Assembly (NCBI RefSeq): GCF_902713615.1
Contig: NW_024055900.1
Coordinates: 124,001-188,000 of the forward strand
DNA from: Scyliorhinus canicula
Lineage: Eukaryota
Direction: 5' to 3'
DNA: 64,000 nucleotides
Position 1 is the first letter of the stretch; each line of letters starts with the position of its first letter. Made by a program: the position numbers and the translations under genes. This document shows positions 24,681 to 38,739 of the stretch, one piece after another. The notes under the pieces are model-generated. The model was given only the letters and a program-made list of their open reading frames with translations, made no database searches and was not told the DNA's origin.

Positions 24681-27600
24681 CTGCAAAGGTAAGTAATTTA
24701 AACTTACCACTCACCTCCCGATAGGCTCAGCCCCTGCCGGTATCCAATGGCTGGCTGCTGCAATTGAAATTGACAAATCTACTCACCAGCTGAAGTATCC
24801 CAGCTCCCGCCGAAATCCAACTGACTGCAACCCCTGCAAAGGTAAGTAATTTAAACTTACCACTCACCTCCCGATAGGCTCAGCCCCTGCCGGTATCCAA
24901 TGGCTGGCTGCTGCAATTGAAATTGACAAATCTACTCACCAGCTGAAGTATCCCAGCTCCCGCCGAAATCCAACTGACTGCAACCCCTGCAAAGGTAAGT
25001 AATTTAAACTTACCACTCACCTCCCGATAGGCTCAGCCCCTGCCGGTATCCAATGGCTGGCTGCTGCAATTGAAATTGACAAATCTACTCACCAGCTGAA
25101 GTATCCCAGCTCCCGCCGAAATCCAACTGACTGCAACCCCTGCAAAGGTAAGTAATTTAAACTTACCACTCACCTCCCGATAGGCTCAGCCCCTGCCGGT
25201 ATCCAATGGCTGGCTGCTGCAATTGAAATTGACAAATCTACTCACCAGCTGAAGTATCCCAGCTCCCGCCGAAATCCAACTGACTGCAACCCCTGCAAAG
25301 GTAAGTAATTTAAACTTACCACTCACCTCCCGATAGGCTCAGCCCCTGCCGGTATCCAATGGCTGGCTGCTGCAATTGAAATTGACAAATCTACTCACCA
25401 GCTGAAGTATCCCAGCTCCCGCCGAAATCCAACTGACTGCAACCCCTGCAAAGGTAAGTAATTTAAACTTACCACTCACCTCCCGATAGGCTCAGCCCCT
25501 GCCGGTATCCAATGGCTGGCTGCTGCAATTGAAATTGACAAATCTACTCACCAGCTGAAGTATCCCAGCTCCCGCCGAAATCCAACTGACTGCAACCCCT
25601 GCAAAGGTAAGTAATTTAAACTTACCACTCACCTCCCGATAGGCTCAGCCCCTGCCGGTATCCAATGGCTGGCTGCTGCAATTGAAATTGACAAATCTAC
25701 TCACCAGCTGAAGTATCCCAGCTCCCGCCGAAATCCAACTGACTGCAACCCCTGCAAAGGTAAGTAATTTAAACTTACCACTCACCTCCCGATAGGCTCA
25801 GCCCCTGCCGGTATCCAATGGCTGGCTGCTGCAATTGAAATTGACAAATCTACTCACCAGCTGAAGTATCCCAGCTCCCGCCGAAATCCAACTGACTGCA
25901 ACCCCTGCAAAGGTAAGTAATTTAAACTTACCACTCACCTCCCGATAGGCTCAGCCCCTGCCGGTATCCAATGGCTGGCTGCTGCAATTGAAATTGACAA
26001 ATCTACTCACCAGCTGAAGTATCCCAGCTCCCGCCGAAATCCAACTGACTGCAACCCCTGCAAAGGTAAGTAATTTAAACTTACCACTCACCTCCCGATA
26101 GGCTCAGCCCCTGCCGGTATCCAATGGCTGGCTGCTGCAATTGAAATTGACAAATCTACTCACCAGCTGAAGTATCCCAGCTCCCGCCGAAATCCAACTG
26201 ACTGCAACCCCTGCAAAGGTAAGTAATTTAAACTTACCACTCACCTCCCGATAGGCTCAGCCCCTGCCGGTATCCAATGGCTGGCTGCTGCAATTGAAAT
26301 TGACAAATCTACTCACCAGCTGAAGTATCCCAGCTCCCGCCGAAATCCAACTGACTGCAACCCCTGCAAAGGTAAGTAATTTAAACTTACCACTCACCTC
26401 CCGATAGGCTCAGCCCCTGCCGGTATCCAATGGCTGGCTGCTGCAATTGAAATTGACAAATCTACTCACCAGCTGAAGTATCCCAGCTCCCGCCGAAATC
26501 CAACTGACTGCAACCCCTGCAAAGGTAAGTAATTTAAACTTACCACTCACCTCCCGATAGGCTCAGCCCCTGCCGGTATCCAATGGCTGGCTGCTGCAAT
26601 TGAAATTGACAAATCTACTCACCAGCTGAAGTATCCCAGCTCCCGCCGAAATCCAACTGACTGCAACCCCTGCAAAGGTAAGTAATTTAAACTTACCACT
26701 CAACTCCCGATAGGCTCAGCCCCTGCCGGTATCCAATGGCTGGCTGCTGCAATTGAAATTGACAAATCTACTCACCAGCTGAAGTATCCCAGCTCCCGCC
26801 GAAATCCAACTGACTGCAACCCCTGCAAAGGTAAGTAATTTAAACTTACCACTCACCTCCCGATAGGCTCAGCCCCTGCCGGTATCCAATGGCTGGCTGC
26901 TGCAATTGAAATTGACAAATCTACTCACCAGCTGAAGTATCCCAGCTCCCGCCGAAATCCAACTGACTGCAACCCCTGCAAAGGTAAGTAATTTAAACTT
27001 ACCACTCACCTCCCGATAGGCTCAGCCCCTGCCGGTATCCAATGGCTGGCTGCTGCAATTGAAATTGACAAATCTACTCACCAGCTGAAGTATCCCAGCT
27101 CCCGCCGAAATCCAACTGACTGCAACCCCTGCAAAGGTAAGTAATTTAAACTTACCACTCACCTCCCGATAGGCTCAGCCCCTGCCGGTATCCAATGGCT
27201 GGCTGCTGCAATTGAAATTGACAAATCTACTCACCAGCTGAAGTATCCCAGCTCCCGCCGAAATCCAACTGACTGCAACCCCTGCAAAGGTAAGTAATTT
27301 AAACTTACCACTCACCTCCCGATAGGCTCAGCCCCTGCCGGTATCCAATGGCTGGCTGCTGCAATTGAAATTGACAAATCTACTCACCAGCTGAAGTATC
27401 CCAGCTCCCGCCGAAATCCAACTAACTGCAACCCCTGCAAAGGTAAGTAATTTAAACTTACCACTCACCTCCCGATAGGCTCAGCCCCTGCCGGTATCCA
27501 ATGGCTGGCTGCTGCAATTGAAATTGACAAATCTACTCACCAGCTGAAGTATCCCAGCTCCCGCCGAAATCCAACTGACTGCAACCCCTGCAAAGGTAAG

Positions 27601-30600
27601 TAATTTAAACTTACCACTCACCTCCCGATAGGCTCAGCCCCTGCCGGTGTCCAATGGCTGGCTGCTGCAATTGAAATTGACAAATCTACTCACCAGCTGA
27701 AGTATCCCAGCTCCCGCCGAAATCCAACTGACTGCAACCCCTGCAAAGGTAAGTAATTTAAACTTACCACTCACCTCCCGATAGGCTCAGCCCCTGCCGG
27801 TATCCAATGGCTGGCTGCTGCAATTGAAATTGACAAATCTACTCACCAGCTGAAGTATCCCAGCTCCCGCCGAAATCCAACTGACTGCAACCCCTGCAAA
27901 GGTAAGTAATTTAAACTTACCACTCACCTCCCGATAGGCTCAGCCCCTGCCGGTATCCAATGGCTGGCTGCTGCAATTGAAATTGACAAATCTACTCACC
28001 AGCTGAAGTATCCCAGCTCCCGCCGAAATCCAACTGACTGCAACCCCTGCAAAGGTAAGTAATTTAAACTTACCACTCACCTCCCGATAGGCTCAGCCCC
28101 TGCCGGTATCCAATGGCTGGCTGCTGCAATTGAAATTGACAAATCTACTCACCAGCTGAAGTATCCCAGCTCCCGCCGAAATCCAACTGACTGCAACCCC
28201 TGCAAAGGTAAGTAATTTAAACTTACCACTCACCTCCCGATAGGCTCAGCCCCTGCCGGTATCCAATGGCTGGCTGCTGCAATTGAAATTGACAAATCTA
28301 CTCACCAGCTGAAGTATCCCAGCTCCCGCCGAAATCCAACTGACTGCAACCCCTGCAAAGGTAAGTAATTTAAACTTACCACTCACCTCCCGATAGGCTC
28401 AGCCCCTGCCGGTATCCAATGGCTGGCTGCTGCAATTGAAATTGACAAATCTACTCACCAGCTGAAGTATCCCAGCTCCCGCCGAAATCCAACTGACTGC
28501 AACCCCTGCAAAGGTAAGTAATTTAAACTTACCACTCACCTCCCGATAGGCTCAGCCCCTGCCGGTATCCAATGGCTGGCTGCTGCAATTGAAATTGACA
28601 AATCTACTCACCAGCTGAAGTATCCCAGCTCCCGCCGAAATCCAACTGACTGCAACCCCTGCAAAGGTAAGTAATTTAAACTTACCACTCACCTCCCGAT
28701 AGGCTCAGCCCCTGCCGGTATCCAATGGCTGGCTGCTGCAATTGAAATTGACAAATCTACTCACCAGCTGAAGTATCCCAGCTCCCGCCGAAATCCAACT
28801 GACTGCAACCCCTGCAAAGGTAAGTAATTTAAACTTACCACTCACCTCCCGATAGGCTCAGCCCCTGCCGGTATCCAATGGCTGGCTGCTGCAATTGAAA
28901 TTGACAAATCTACTCACCAGCTGAAGTATCCCAGCTCCCGCCGAAATCCAACTGACTGCAACCCCTGCAAAGGTAAGTAATTTAAACTTACCACTCACCT
29001 CCCGATAGGCTCAGCCCCTGCCGGTATCCAATGGCTGGCTGCTGCAATTGAAATTGACAAATCTACTCACCAGCTGAAGTATCCCAGCTCCCGCCGAAAT
29101 CCAACTGACTGCAACCCCTGCAAAGGTAAGTAATTTAAACTTACCACTCACCTCCCGATAGGCTCAGCCCCTGCCGGTATCCAATGGCTGGCTGCTGCAA
29201 TTGAAATTGACAAATCTACTCACCAGCTGAAGTATCCCAGCTCCCGCCGAAATCCAACTGACTGCAACCCCTGCAAAGGTAAGTAATTTAAACTTACCAC
29301 TCACCTCCCGATAGGCTCAGCCCCTGCCGGTATCCAATGGCTGGCTGCTGCAATTGAAATTGACAAATCTACTCACCAGCTGAAGTATCCCAGCTCCCGC
29401 CGAAATCCAACTGACTGCAACCCCTGCAAAGGTAAGTAATTTAAACTTACCACTCACCTCCCGATAGGCTCAGCCCCTGCCGGTATCCAATGGCTGGCTG
29501 CTGCAATTGAAATTGACAAATCTACTCACCAGCTGAAGTATCCCAGCTCCCGCCGAAATCCAACTGACTGCAACCCCTGCAAAGGTAAGTAATTTAAACT
29601 TACCACTCACCTCCCGATAGGCTCAGCCCCTGCCGGTATCCAATGGCTGGCTGCTGCAATTGAAATTGACAAATCTACTCACCAGCTGAAGTATCCCAGC
29701 TCCCGCCGAAATCCAACTGACTGCAACCCCTGCAAAGGTAAGTAATTTAAACTTACCACTCACCTCCCGATAGGCTCAGCCCCTGCCGGTATCCAATGGC
29801 TGGCTGCTGCAATTGAAATTGACAAATCTACTCACCAGCTGAAGTATCCCAGCTCCCGCCGAAATCCAACTGACTGCAACCCCTGCAACGGTAAGTAATT
29901 TAAACTTACCACTCACCTCCCGATAGGCTCAGCCCCTGCCGGTATCCAATGGCTGGCTGCTGCAATTGAAATTGACAAATCTACTCACCAGCTGAAGTAT
30001 CCCAGCTCCCGCCGAAATCCAACTGACTGCAACCCCTGCAAAGGTAAGTAATTTAAACTTACCACTCACCTCCCGATAGGCTCAGCCCCTGCCGGTATCC
30101 AATGGCTGGCTGCTGCAATTGAAATTGACAAATCTACTCACCAGCTGAAGTATCCCAGCTCCCGCCGAAATCCAACTGACTGCAACCCCTGCAAAGGTAA
30201 GTAATTTAAACTTACCACTCACCTCCCGATAGGCTCAGCCCCTGCCGGTATCCAATGGCTGGCTGCTGCAATTGAAATTGACAAATCTACTCACCAGCTG
30301 AAGTATCCCAGCTCCCGCCGAAATCCAACTGACTGCAACCCCTGCAAAGGTAAGTAATTTAAACTTACCACTCACCTCCCGATAGGCTCAGCCCCTGCCG
30401 GTATCCAATGGCTGGCTGCTGCAATTGAAATTGACAAATCTACTCACCAGCTGAAGTATCCCAGCTTCCGCCGAAATCCAACTGACTGCAACCCCTGCAA
30501 AGGTAAGTAATTTAAACTTACCACTCACCTCCCGATAGGCTCAGCCCCTGCCGGTATCCAATGGCTGGCTGCTGCAATTGAAATTGACAAATCTACTCAC

Positions 30601-33543
30601 CAGCTGAAGTATCCCAGCTCCCGCCGAAATCCAACTGACTGCAACCCCTGCAACGGTAAGTAATTTAAACTTACCACTCACCTCCCGATAGGCTCAGCCC
30701 CTGCCGGTATCCAATGGCTGGCTGCTGCAATTGAAATTGACAAATCTACTCACCAGCTGAAGTATCCCAGCTCCCGCCGAAATCCAACTGACTGCAACCC
30801 CTGCAAAGGTAAGTAATTTAAACTTACCACTCACCTCCCGATAGGCTCAGCCCCTGCCGGTATCCAATGGCTGGCTGCTGCAATTGAAATTGACAAATCT
30901 ACTCACCAGCTGAAGTATCCCAGCTCCCGCCGAAATCCAACTGACTGCAACCCCTGCAAAGGTAAGTAATTTAAACTTACCACTCACCTCCCGATAGGCT
31001 CAGCCCCTGCCGGTATCCAATGGCTGGCTGCTGCAATTGAAATTGACAAATCTACTCACCAGCTGAAGTATCCCAGCTCCCGCCGAAATCCAACTGACTG
31101 CAACCCCTGCAAAGGTAAGTAATTTAAACTTACCACTCACCTCCCGATAGGCTCAGCCCCTGCCGGTATCCAATGGCTGGCTGCTGCAATTGAAATTGAC
31201 AAATCTACTCACCAGCTGAAGTATCCCAGCTCCCGCCGAAATCCAACTGACTGCAACCCCTGCAAAGGTAAGTAATTTAAACTTACCACTCACCTCCCGA
31301 TAGGCTCAGCCCCTGCCGGTATCCAATGGCTGGCTGCTGCAATTGAAATTGACAAATCTACTCACCAGCTGAAGTATCCCAGCTCCCGCCGAAATCCAAC
31401 TGACTGCAACCCCTGCAAAGGTAAGTAATTTAAACTTACCACTCACCTCCCGATAGGCTCAGCCCCTGCCGGTATCCAATGGCTGGCTGCTGCAATTGAA
31501 ATTGACAAATCTACTCACCAGCTGAAGTATCCCAGCTCCCGCCGAAATCCAACTGACTGCAACCCCTGCAAAGGTAAGTAATTTAAACTTACCACTCACC
31601 TCCCGATAGGCTCAGCCCCTGCCGGTATCCAATGGCTGGCTGCTGCAATTGAAATTGACAAATCTACTCACCAGCTGAAGTATCCCAGCTCCCGCCGAAA
31701 TCCAACTGACTGCAACCCCTGCAAAGGTAAGTAATTTAAACTTACCACTCACCTCCCGATAGGCTCAGCCCCTGCCGGTATCCAATGGCTGGCTGCTGCA
31801 ATTGAAATTGACAAATCTACTCACCAGCTGAAGTATCCCAGCTCCCGCCGAAATCCAACTGACTGCAACCCCTGCAAAGGTAAGTAATTTAAACTTACCA
31901 CTCACCTCCCGATAGGCTCAGCCCCTGCCGGTATCCAATGGCTGGCTGCTGCAATTGAAATTGACAAATCTACTCACCAGCTGAAGTATCCCAGCTCCCG
32001 CCGAAATCCAACTGACTGCAACCCCTGCAAAGGTAAGTAATTTAAACTTACCACTCACCTCCCGATAGGCTCAGCCCCTGCCGGTATCCAATGGCTGGCT
32101 GCTGCAATTGAAATTGACAAATCTACTCACCAGCTGAAGTATCCCAGCTCCCGCCGAAATCCAACTGACTGCAACCCCTGCAAAGGTAAGTAATTTAAAC
32201 TTACCACTCACCTCCCGATAGGCTCAGCCCCTACCGGTATCCAATGGCTGGCTGCTGCAATTGAAATTGACAAATCTACTCACCAGCTGAAGTATCCCAG
32301 CTCCCGCCGAAATCCAACTGACTGCAACCCCTGCAAAGGTAAGTAATTTAAACTTACCACTCACCTCCCGATAGGCTCAGCCCCTGCCGGTATCCAATGG
32401 CTGGCTGCTGCAATTGAAATTGACAAATCTACTCACCAGCTGAAGTATCCCAGCTCCCGCCGAAATCCAACTGACTGCAACCCCTGCAACGGTAAGTAAT
32501 TTAAACTTACCACTCACCTCCCGATAGGCTCAGCCCCTGCCGGTATCCAATGGCTGGCTGCTGCAATTGAAATTGACAAATCTACTCACCAGCTGAAGTA
32601 TCCCAGCTCCCGCCGAAATCCAACTGACTGCAACCCCTGCAAAGGTAAGTAATTTAAACTTACCACTCACCTCCCGATAGGCTCAGCCCCTACCGGTATC
32701 CAATGGCTGGCTGCTGCAATTGAAATTGACAAATCTACTCACCAGCTGAAGTATCCCAGCTCCCGCCGAAATCCAACTGACTGCAACCCCTGCAAAGGTA
32801 AGTAATTTAAACTTACCACTCACCTCCCGATAGGCTCAGCCCCTGCCGGTATCCAATGGCTGGCTGCTGCAATTGAAATTGACAAATCTACACACCAGCT
32901 GAAGTATCCCAGCTCCCGCCGAAATCCAACTGACTGCAACCCCTGCAAAGGTAAGTAATTTAAACTTACCACTCACCTCCCGATAGGCTCAGCCCCTGCC
33001 GGTATCCAATGGCTGGCTGCTGCAATTGAAATTGACAAATCTACTCACCAGCTGAAGTATCCCAGCTCCCGCCGAAATCCAACTGACTGCAACCCCTGCA
33101 ACGGTAAGTAATTTAAACTTACCACTCACCTCCCGATAGGCTCAGCCCCTGCCGGTATCCAATGGCTGGCTGCTGCAATTGAAATTGACAAATCTACTCA
33201 CCAGCTGAAGTATCCCAGCTCCCGCCGAAATCCAACTGACTGCAACCCCTGCAAAGGTAAGTAATTTAAACTTACCACTCACCTCCCGATAGGCTCAGCC
33301 CCTGCCGGTATCCAATGGCTGGCTGCTGCAATTGAAATTGACAAATCTACTCACCAGCTGAAGTATCCCAGCTCCCGCCGAAATCCAACTGACTGCAACC
33401 CCTGCAAAGGTAAGTAATTTAAACTTACCACTCACCTCCCGATAGGCTCAGCCCCTGCCGGTATCCAATGGCTGGCTGCTGCAATTGAAATTGACAAATC
33501 TACTCACCAGCTGAAGTATCCCAGCTCCCGCCGAAATCCAACT
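24681..33543. repeat. Tandem array of ~58 near-identical 153-bp units
   Basis: Period read directly (ggtaagtaat at 24688, 24841, 24994, ...); only rare single-base variants. Confidence 0.97.
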
Positions 33544-33831
33544 CAACATAGCACAACATAGAGCTTGCTGTATTTGTGGCGTTACATAGGTTTATTCAGG
33601 GAAACATTAATAGATGCAGAAGTACACAAGGAATAATAAGAATAATGTTGTTTCCATACAGCGAGATGAAGCAGGGTGAGAAGATATTCATGTGGAATAT
33701 AAACACTGCCGTTGAATCCTGCGGTCGAGTGGCATGGTTCTGTTTTGTGGCTTTTATGTAACTAATTCAAATATTTGTAATTGTTTGGTTTGAAACGGAA
33801 TTAATTGAGAATAACATACATTTTCTTGAAG

Positions 33832-34143
33832 ACCGCGTGGTTCATCATCCAACTGTTCTCCTCACATTGAGTGCCAGAGAAGAAATCACAAGCAACAGAT
33901 TTGCAACTATAGTCTGTTCAATCGTTGATTTTCGTCCGAATTCCCTCAACGTGAAGTGGTTGAAGAATGGTCAAGTCATAGATTCGGGCTTCATCACTTC
34001 TCCCGGCTTCGAAGTAAAAGGGAACTTCGCAGCGACGAGTCATCTGACAGTACCTGCTGGGGAATGGTTCAGCAACACGGTCTATACCTGCCAGGTCACT
34101 CATAAAGACTCCACTCAAAGCCGAAACATCACCAGATCTCAGG
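33832..34143 (+). CDS. IGHM: IgM heavy chain constant exon CH2
   Basis: Acceptor ttttcttgaAG|, donor |GTaaga, 312 nt. Protein (D)[33 protein letters not shown]...WLKNG...YTCQVTH...SRNITRSQ. Confidence 0.95.
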
Positions 34144-35038
34144 GTAAGAGACCAATCCAAGAAAGTTAATGGTCATTCTTATTTCGCTCAAAGTCAATAA
34201 TAATATTAGAATCTTCATAAGTCCTAGAATTAGTCCTATTTGTCAATTACGTAATTTGTGCCGCCTTCAAAATTTCAAAGGAAGGAAAGCCTTTCCTTTA
34301 CACAATGTCTTTTCGAACATCGGATAGACCCAACCAATTGCCTCAGAAATGTGCTCATTGTATTAGAGTACAACACTTGATGGGCAGCACGGTGGCCTAG
34401 TGGTTAGCACAACCGCCTCACGGCGCTGAGGTCCCAGGTTCGATCTGGGTCACTGTCCGTGTGGAGTTTGCACGTTCTCCCCGTGTCTGCGTGGGTTTCG
34501 CCCCCACAACCCAAAAATGTGCAGAGTAGGTGGATTGGCCACGCTAAATTGCCCCTTAATTGGAAAAAATAATTGGCTAATCTAAATTTAAAAAAGAAAA
34601 AAAAAACACTTGTTAGCGGGTGTGCACAGAACATCCCAGAAAAAGAGATTTGATGCCAATACATTTTGTGGGTCTGATTCTGTTTCTTGAGGGCTACATC
34701 TTTCCCAGGAAACAGTCAGACTTCATCTGAGTGTTTCAATCGTTTTCCATATTATTTTCATTGCCTATTTCCAGCACCTACAGAGATTGGATTTGAGAAT
34801 TAATAACTTTCTTGGTTTTCTTCTAGGTAGTAACAAAGGAAATTTCACATCACACTGACAAAGAAGATATTCCCTAAGCTTAGCATCTCACGCTAAAATC
34901 CATATCTCCCACAATAAAGTACTGGCTCGGTGCCACATTGATAATGTCACTACAATCGTGTGCTGAGAAAACTCTGGAGTGCGAATTCTACCCACGTTCC
35001 TTGTGAAGCAGTGTTCAAGGTTCCAAGACCTTCCAAGC

Positions 35039-35375
35039 GGGCAGCACGGTAGCATGGTGGTTAGCATAAATGCTTCACAGCTCCAGGGTCCCAGGTTCGA
35101 TTCCCGGCTGGGTCACTGTCTGTGTGGAGTCTGCACGTCCTCCCCGTGTGTGCGTGGGTTTCCTCCAGGTGCTCCGGTTTCCTCCCACAGTCCAAAGATG
35201 TGCGGGTTAGGTGGATTGGCCATGCTAAATTTCCCGTAGTGTCCTAATAGGAAGGTTAAGGGGGGGGGCGTTGTTGGATTACGGGTATAGGGTGGATACG
35301 TGGGTTTGAGTAGGGTGATCATTGCTCGGCACAACATCGAGGGCCGAAGGGCCTGTTCTGTGCTGTACTGTTCTA
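35039..35375 (+). mobile_element. V-SINE (HE1-like), full length
   Basis: Near-consensus copy of the family. Confidence 0.8.
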
Positions 35376-37034
35376 AGACCTCACACAATAACGTGACATT
35401 TGTTTATTTTTTTTAAATTTTTCCAATTAAGGATCAGTTTTGCGGAATCAATCCACCTAACCTGCACATCTTTGGGTTGTGGACATCTTTGGTTTGTTCC
35501 AGCTGGACAAACCCACGCAGACATGGGGATAATGTGCAAACTCCGCACGGTCAGTGACCCACGTCCGGGATTCGAACCCGGGTCATCAGCACCGCAGTCC
35601 GCGCCACCTGCCGCCCTTTAACGTGGGATTTTGGATCAAATGTGGGACAGTCAGTGGGGAGCTATTTGTTTCACCTTTATCCCAAATTAGGACTGGTAGT
35701 ACCTGACTGCAAAACATTACTGCACACAACTCCAATTCTAGCAATGATATAGAAATTATACCTGCTTTTGCGATCAGTGTAAGCAGCACAGCTGGCAGGT
35801 TCCATCGACAAACTCGCATTCCATTGATCGTAAAGGATTAATGGTTGAGCTAATTGAGGTCTTTCGGTTAATTCATGAAATTGAAGTTACTGTATAAATA
35901 TTTACTCTGGGTTACATCCACATAATTAGTGAGTGTATTCTTGTGATGTCAGCTAAGATACCTCGTTAGGAGTTGATGTTAGGAAAACAGAGTTAGCCTT
36001 AAGTGATGTATATTTGTATTGTTAAATATTACCAAAATGTATCAATTTAGGTGAGTTTAGTTTAATGTTTCTGTGTAAGAAATGGCAAACTTTTAGTTAT
36101 ATTCCAGCTGGACAAAGATGTTCTATGTTTGGAGGTTTGGTTTCAGTTCAAACTGTGCTTCTAGTGTGCTGAGTGTTGTTATGCAATGAAGAGTAAATAA
36201 CAGTTAGCAGAAGCGTAAGGCCATTGGTTAGCAAACGGGAACACTTTTAAGGGACAGGGTTCCTGAGTTTATGTTTAGCTGAAATCATCTGAAGTTGGTT
36301 TAGAAGGTTTGAGACGGAATATGCTTTGCTTTGCTAGAAACACTGTAGACCATTATAACTTTAATTCTGCCCAAGGATTACTATTGTTTAAAAAGAGAGA
36401 TTAGCATTTTCTCGGCAGCCACATCACGACTTACAAACCAATAAAATGTCTGCCACGCTATTGGCCGTGTTTTAAATTAATTTGAGTATCCAATTATCTT
36501 CTTTTTCAATGTAAGGGGTAATTTTAGTGTGGCCAATCCACCTATCCTGCACATATTTTAGAGTTGTGAAGGTGAGACCCACACGGGGTGAATGTGCAAT
36601 CGACACATGGACTGACCTGGGCCGTGAACGAAGCCGAGTCCTTGGCGCCGTGAGGCAGTTGTACTAATCACTGGGCCACCGTGCCACCCTGACCTTCTTC
36701 CGTGTTGTGATAGTCTTTTGGTTCTTAGTTTCCTTGCATTCGGTTGTGGTGATGTTCCTTCTGTAGCACGATTCCCCCTGTATTTAATGTAATTATTATA
36801 GCTGGCATTTTGTTTAGCCATTTCCAATGGCTCGGTCTGGACATAAACAGGAAATTCTATCGAGTCTTCCAGAAATGTTGCAACTCCCTGATTTTCAAAT
36901 AATGATTGTGTTTTACACGACAGGGAGACATGAAATGTCACAAATATATATTTATCTTGTGAGAGTGAAAACTGAATACCGGTGTTCCTATTTTGAAGAT
37001 GCCATTTTATTTGACATTCACGTCTGCTTCCCAG

Positions 37035-37340
37035 ATAATTCCCGCTGCACATATCCTGTAATGACTCTGCTGCCACCACCAATCGAACAACTCTTATTGG
37101 AGGCCACAGTAACCTTAACCTGCATTGTCTCTAATGCTCCCTATGGAGTCAACGTGTCTTGGACCCTGGAGAAGAATATGCTGAAATCAGAGATTGCCTT
37201 ACAACCTGGTGAAGATTCTCACAGTGTGATCAGCAAATTAAACATCTCGACACAAGCCTGGCTGAGTGGGGCTGTGTTTGTCTGCGTGATGAGCCATCAG
37301 GACCTGCCAACCCCTTTAAGAAATTCATTCTGCAAGGAAG
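37035..37340 (+). CDS. IGHM: IgM heavy chain constant exon CH3
   Basis: Acceptor cttcccAG|, donor |GTgagt, 306 nt. Protein [30 protein letters not shown]...[24 protein letters not shown]. Confidence 0.95.
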
Positions 37341-37827
37341 GTGAGTGATTAGATTGAAGCTACAAGTGAGTGGTTGTGTCTATTTCCAGTTTACACGTCG
37401 ATTTCTGGTATCCAGTGTATTACCGGACCACTTTGATTGCTAATTTCACGATGAGAAAATGTCTGTAAGGGTATGTGATGCAGTTCAGTGCAAGTGCACA
37501 AGTGAACGAATGGGCACGGAGATGAAGGATGAAGGTTAGATGAGTTATGGTAGTAGGAACCTCGTGTTGCTCTTGAACACCAGCACAGAGCAGTTGGGCA
37601 GAAGGGCCTCTTTCTGTGGTGTAAACGTTTTACACTGTCCAACCTCCTAATTTCTCCAGTGAAATGATGATGTCCAATTCTTCTCCGCGCTGGCAAACGG
37701 GACAGACTCCAAAACTGAGAACGAAAAAAATAAAATCCAAAGCAAAACGCAGTTTTCTCACATCTATCCTGTGGTTCCATTGTCTCCGGAATTCCCCATT
37801 TTATTGATATTTATTGTACATTTTCAG

Positions 37828-38222
37828 CAGATCTAAATCCACGGGAACCGTCCGTCTCTGTCCTCCTGCCCTCGGCTGAAGACGTCTCCGCTCAGAGATT
37901 CGTCTCCCTCAGCTGCTTAGTGAGAGGTTTCTCCCCCCGAGAGATCTTCGTCAAGTGGACCGTCAATGACAAGCCGGTGAATCCCGGCAACTACAAGAAC
38001 ACCGAGGTGATGGCGGAGAACGGCAATAGCTCCTTCTTCATGTACAGCCTGTTATCCATTGCAGCGGAGGAGTGGGCCAGCGGCGCTTCTTACTCCTGTG
38101 TGGTGGGACATGAAGCCATCCCCTTGAAGATCATCAACAGAACGGTTGATAAATCCAGCGGTAAACCCAGTTTTGTGAACATTTCCCTCGCTCTGATGGA
38201 CACTGTCAATTCATGTCAATGA
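37828..38222 (+). CDS. IGHM: IgM CH4 exon plus secretory tailpiece (internal donor for the membrane form at 38160|38161)
   Basis: Acceptor ttttcAG(cAG). Protein [39 protein letters not shown]...[23 protein letters not shown]|[20 protein letters not shown], with the tailpiece N-glycosylation site and penultimate Cys. Confidence 0.96.
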
Positions 38223-38258
38223 GAATCTATCGAGTAGAATTCTTACCTTCGGATACAT

Positions 38259-38264
38259 AATAAA
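38259..38264 (+). terminator. Polyadenylation signal for secreted mu mRNA
   Basis: AATAAA 36 nt after the secretory stop codon. Confidence 0.7.
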
Positions 38265-38739
38265 GGGATGTTCCCCACTTATGAGTTAACTACACATACT
38301 GTGAATTAATAGTTTTCCAATTTTGCTGATATTCGACATGTTAAATTGAAGCCACATAGTTACAGCCTCAGCTCTTTTATAACTTAATCTCAAATATACC
38401 TGTCCTAGAGACAGAGGAAAGATCATTCATTTCACAAAGTAATTACGTCAACTTTCCTCCCGCTGACGAATGATCTGACAATTTTATATTTCAGACAAAC
38501 AAACACATCATATTTATATCTCGGTGTTCCTGCTTCTCTCAGTGTCCATCCCTTTAAAATTGATGTCAGCTTTCTGTTGCTGCATCAAATCTACTGGGAG
38601 AAAAAATGATTGCCATTCAGGAAAGCAAATGATATCTCCAGTTCACAACCAAGGTGCAAGGATGGACATCATTGAGCACATTGAACACCCGCTTCCCCAA
38701 CAGAGTGAAAATTCCGCAAACAAGATCAATGGCGCGCAA

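Larger units (their letters stand above)
20365..33543 (-). mobile_element. Near full-length CR1-clade LINE including its tandem-repeat 5' region
   Basis: ORF2 with APE and RT domains, esterase-type ORF1, a 3' (CTTATGGT)-like microsatellite tail at ~20365-20385, and a 5' region that runs into the 153-bp array. Confidence 0.9.

Noticed and set aside
24681-33543. CRISPR-like array
   Set aside because: The units are directly tandem with no unique spacers, the context is eukaryotic, and there are no cas genes.
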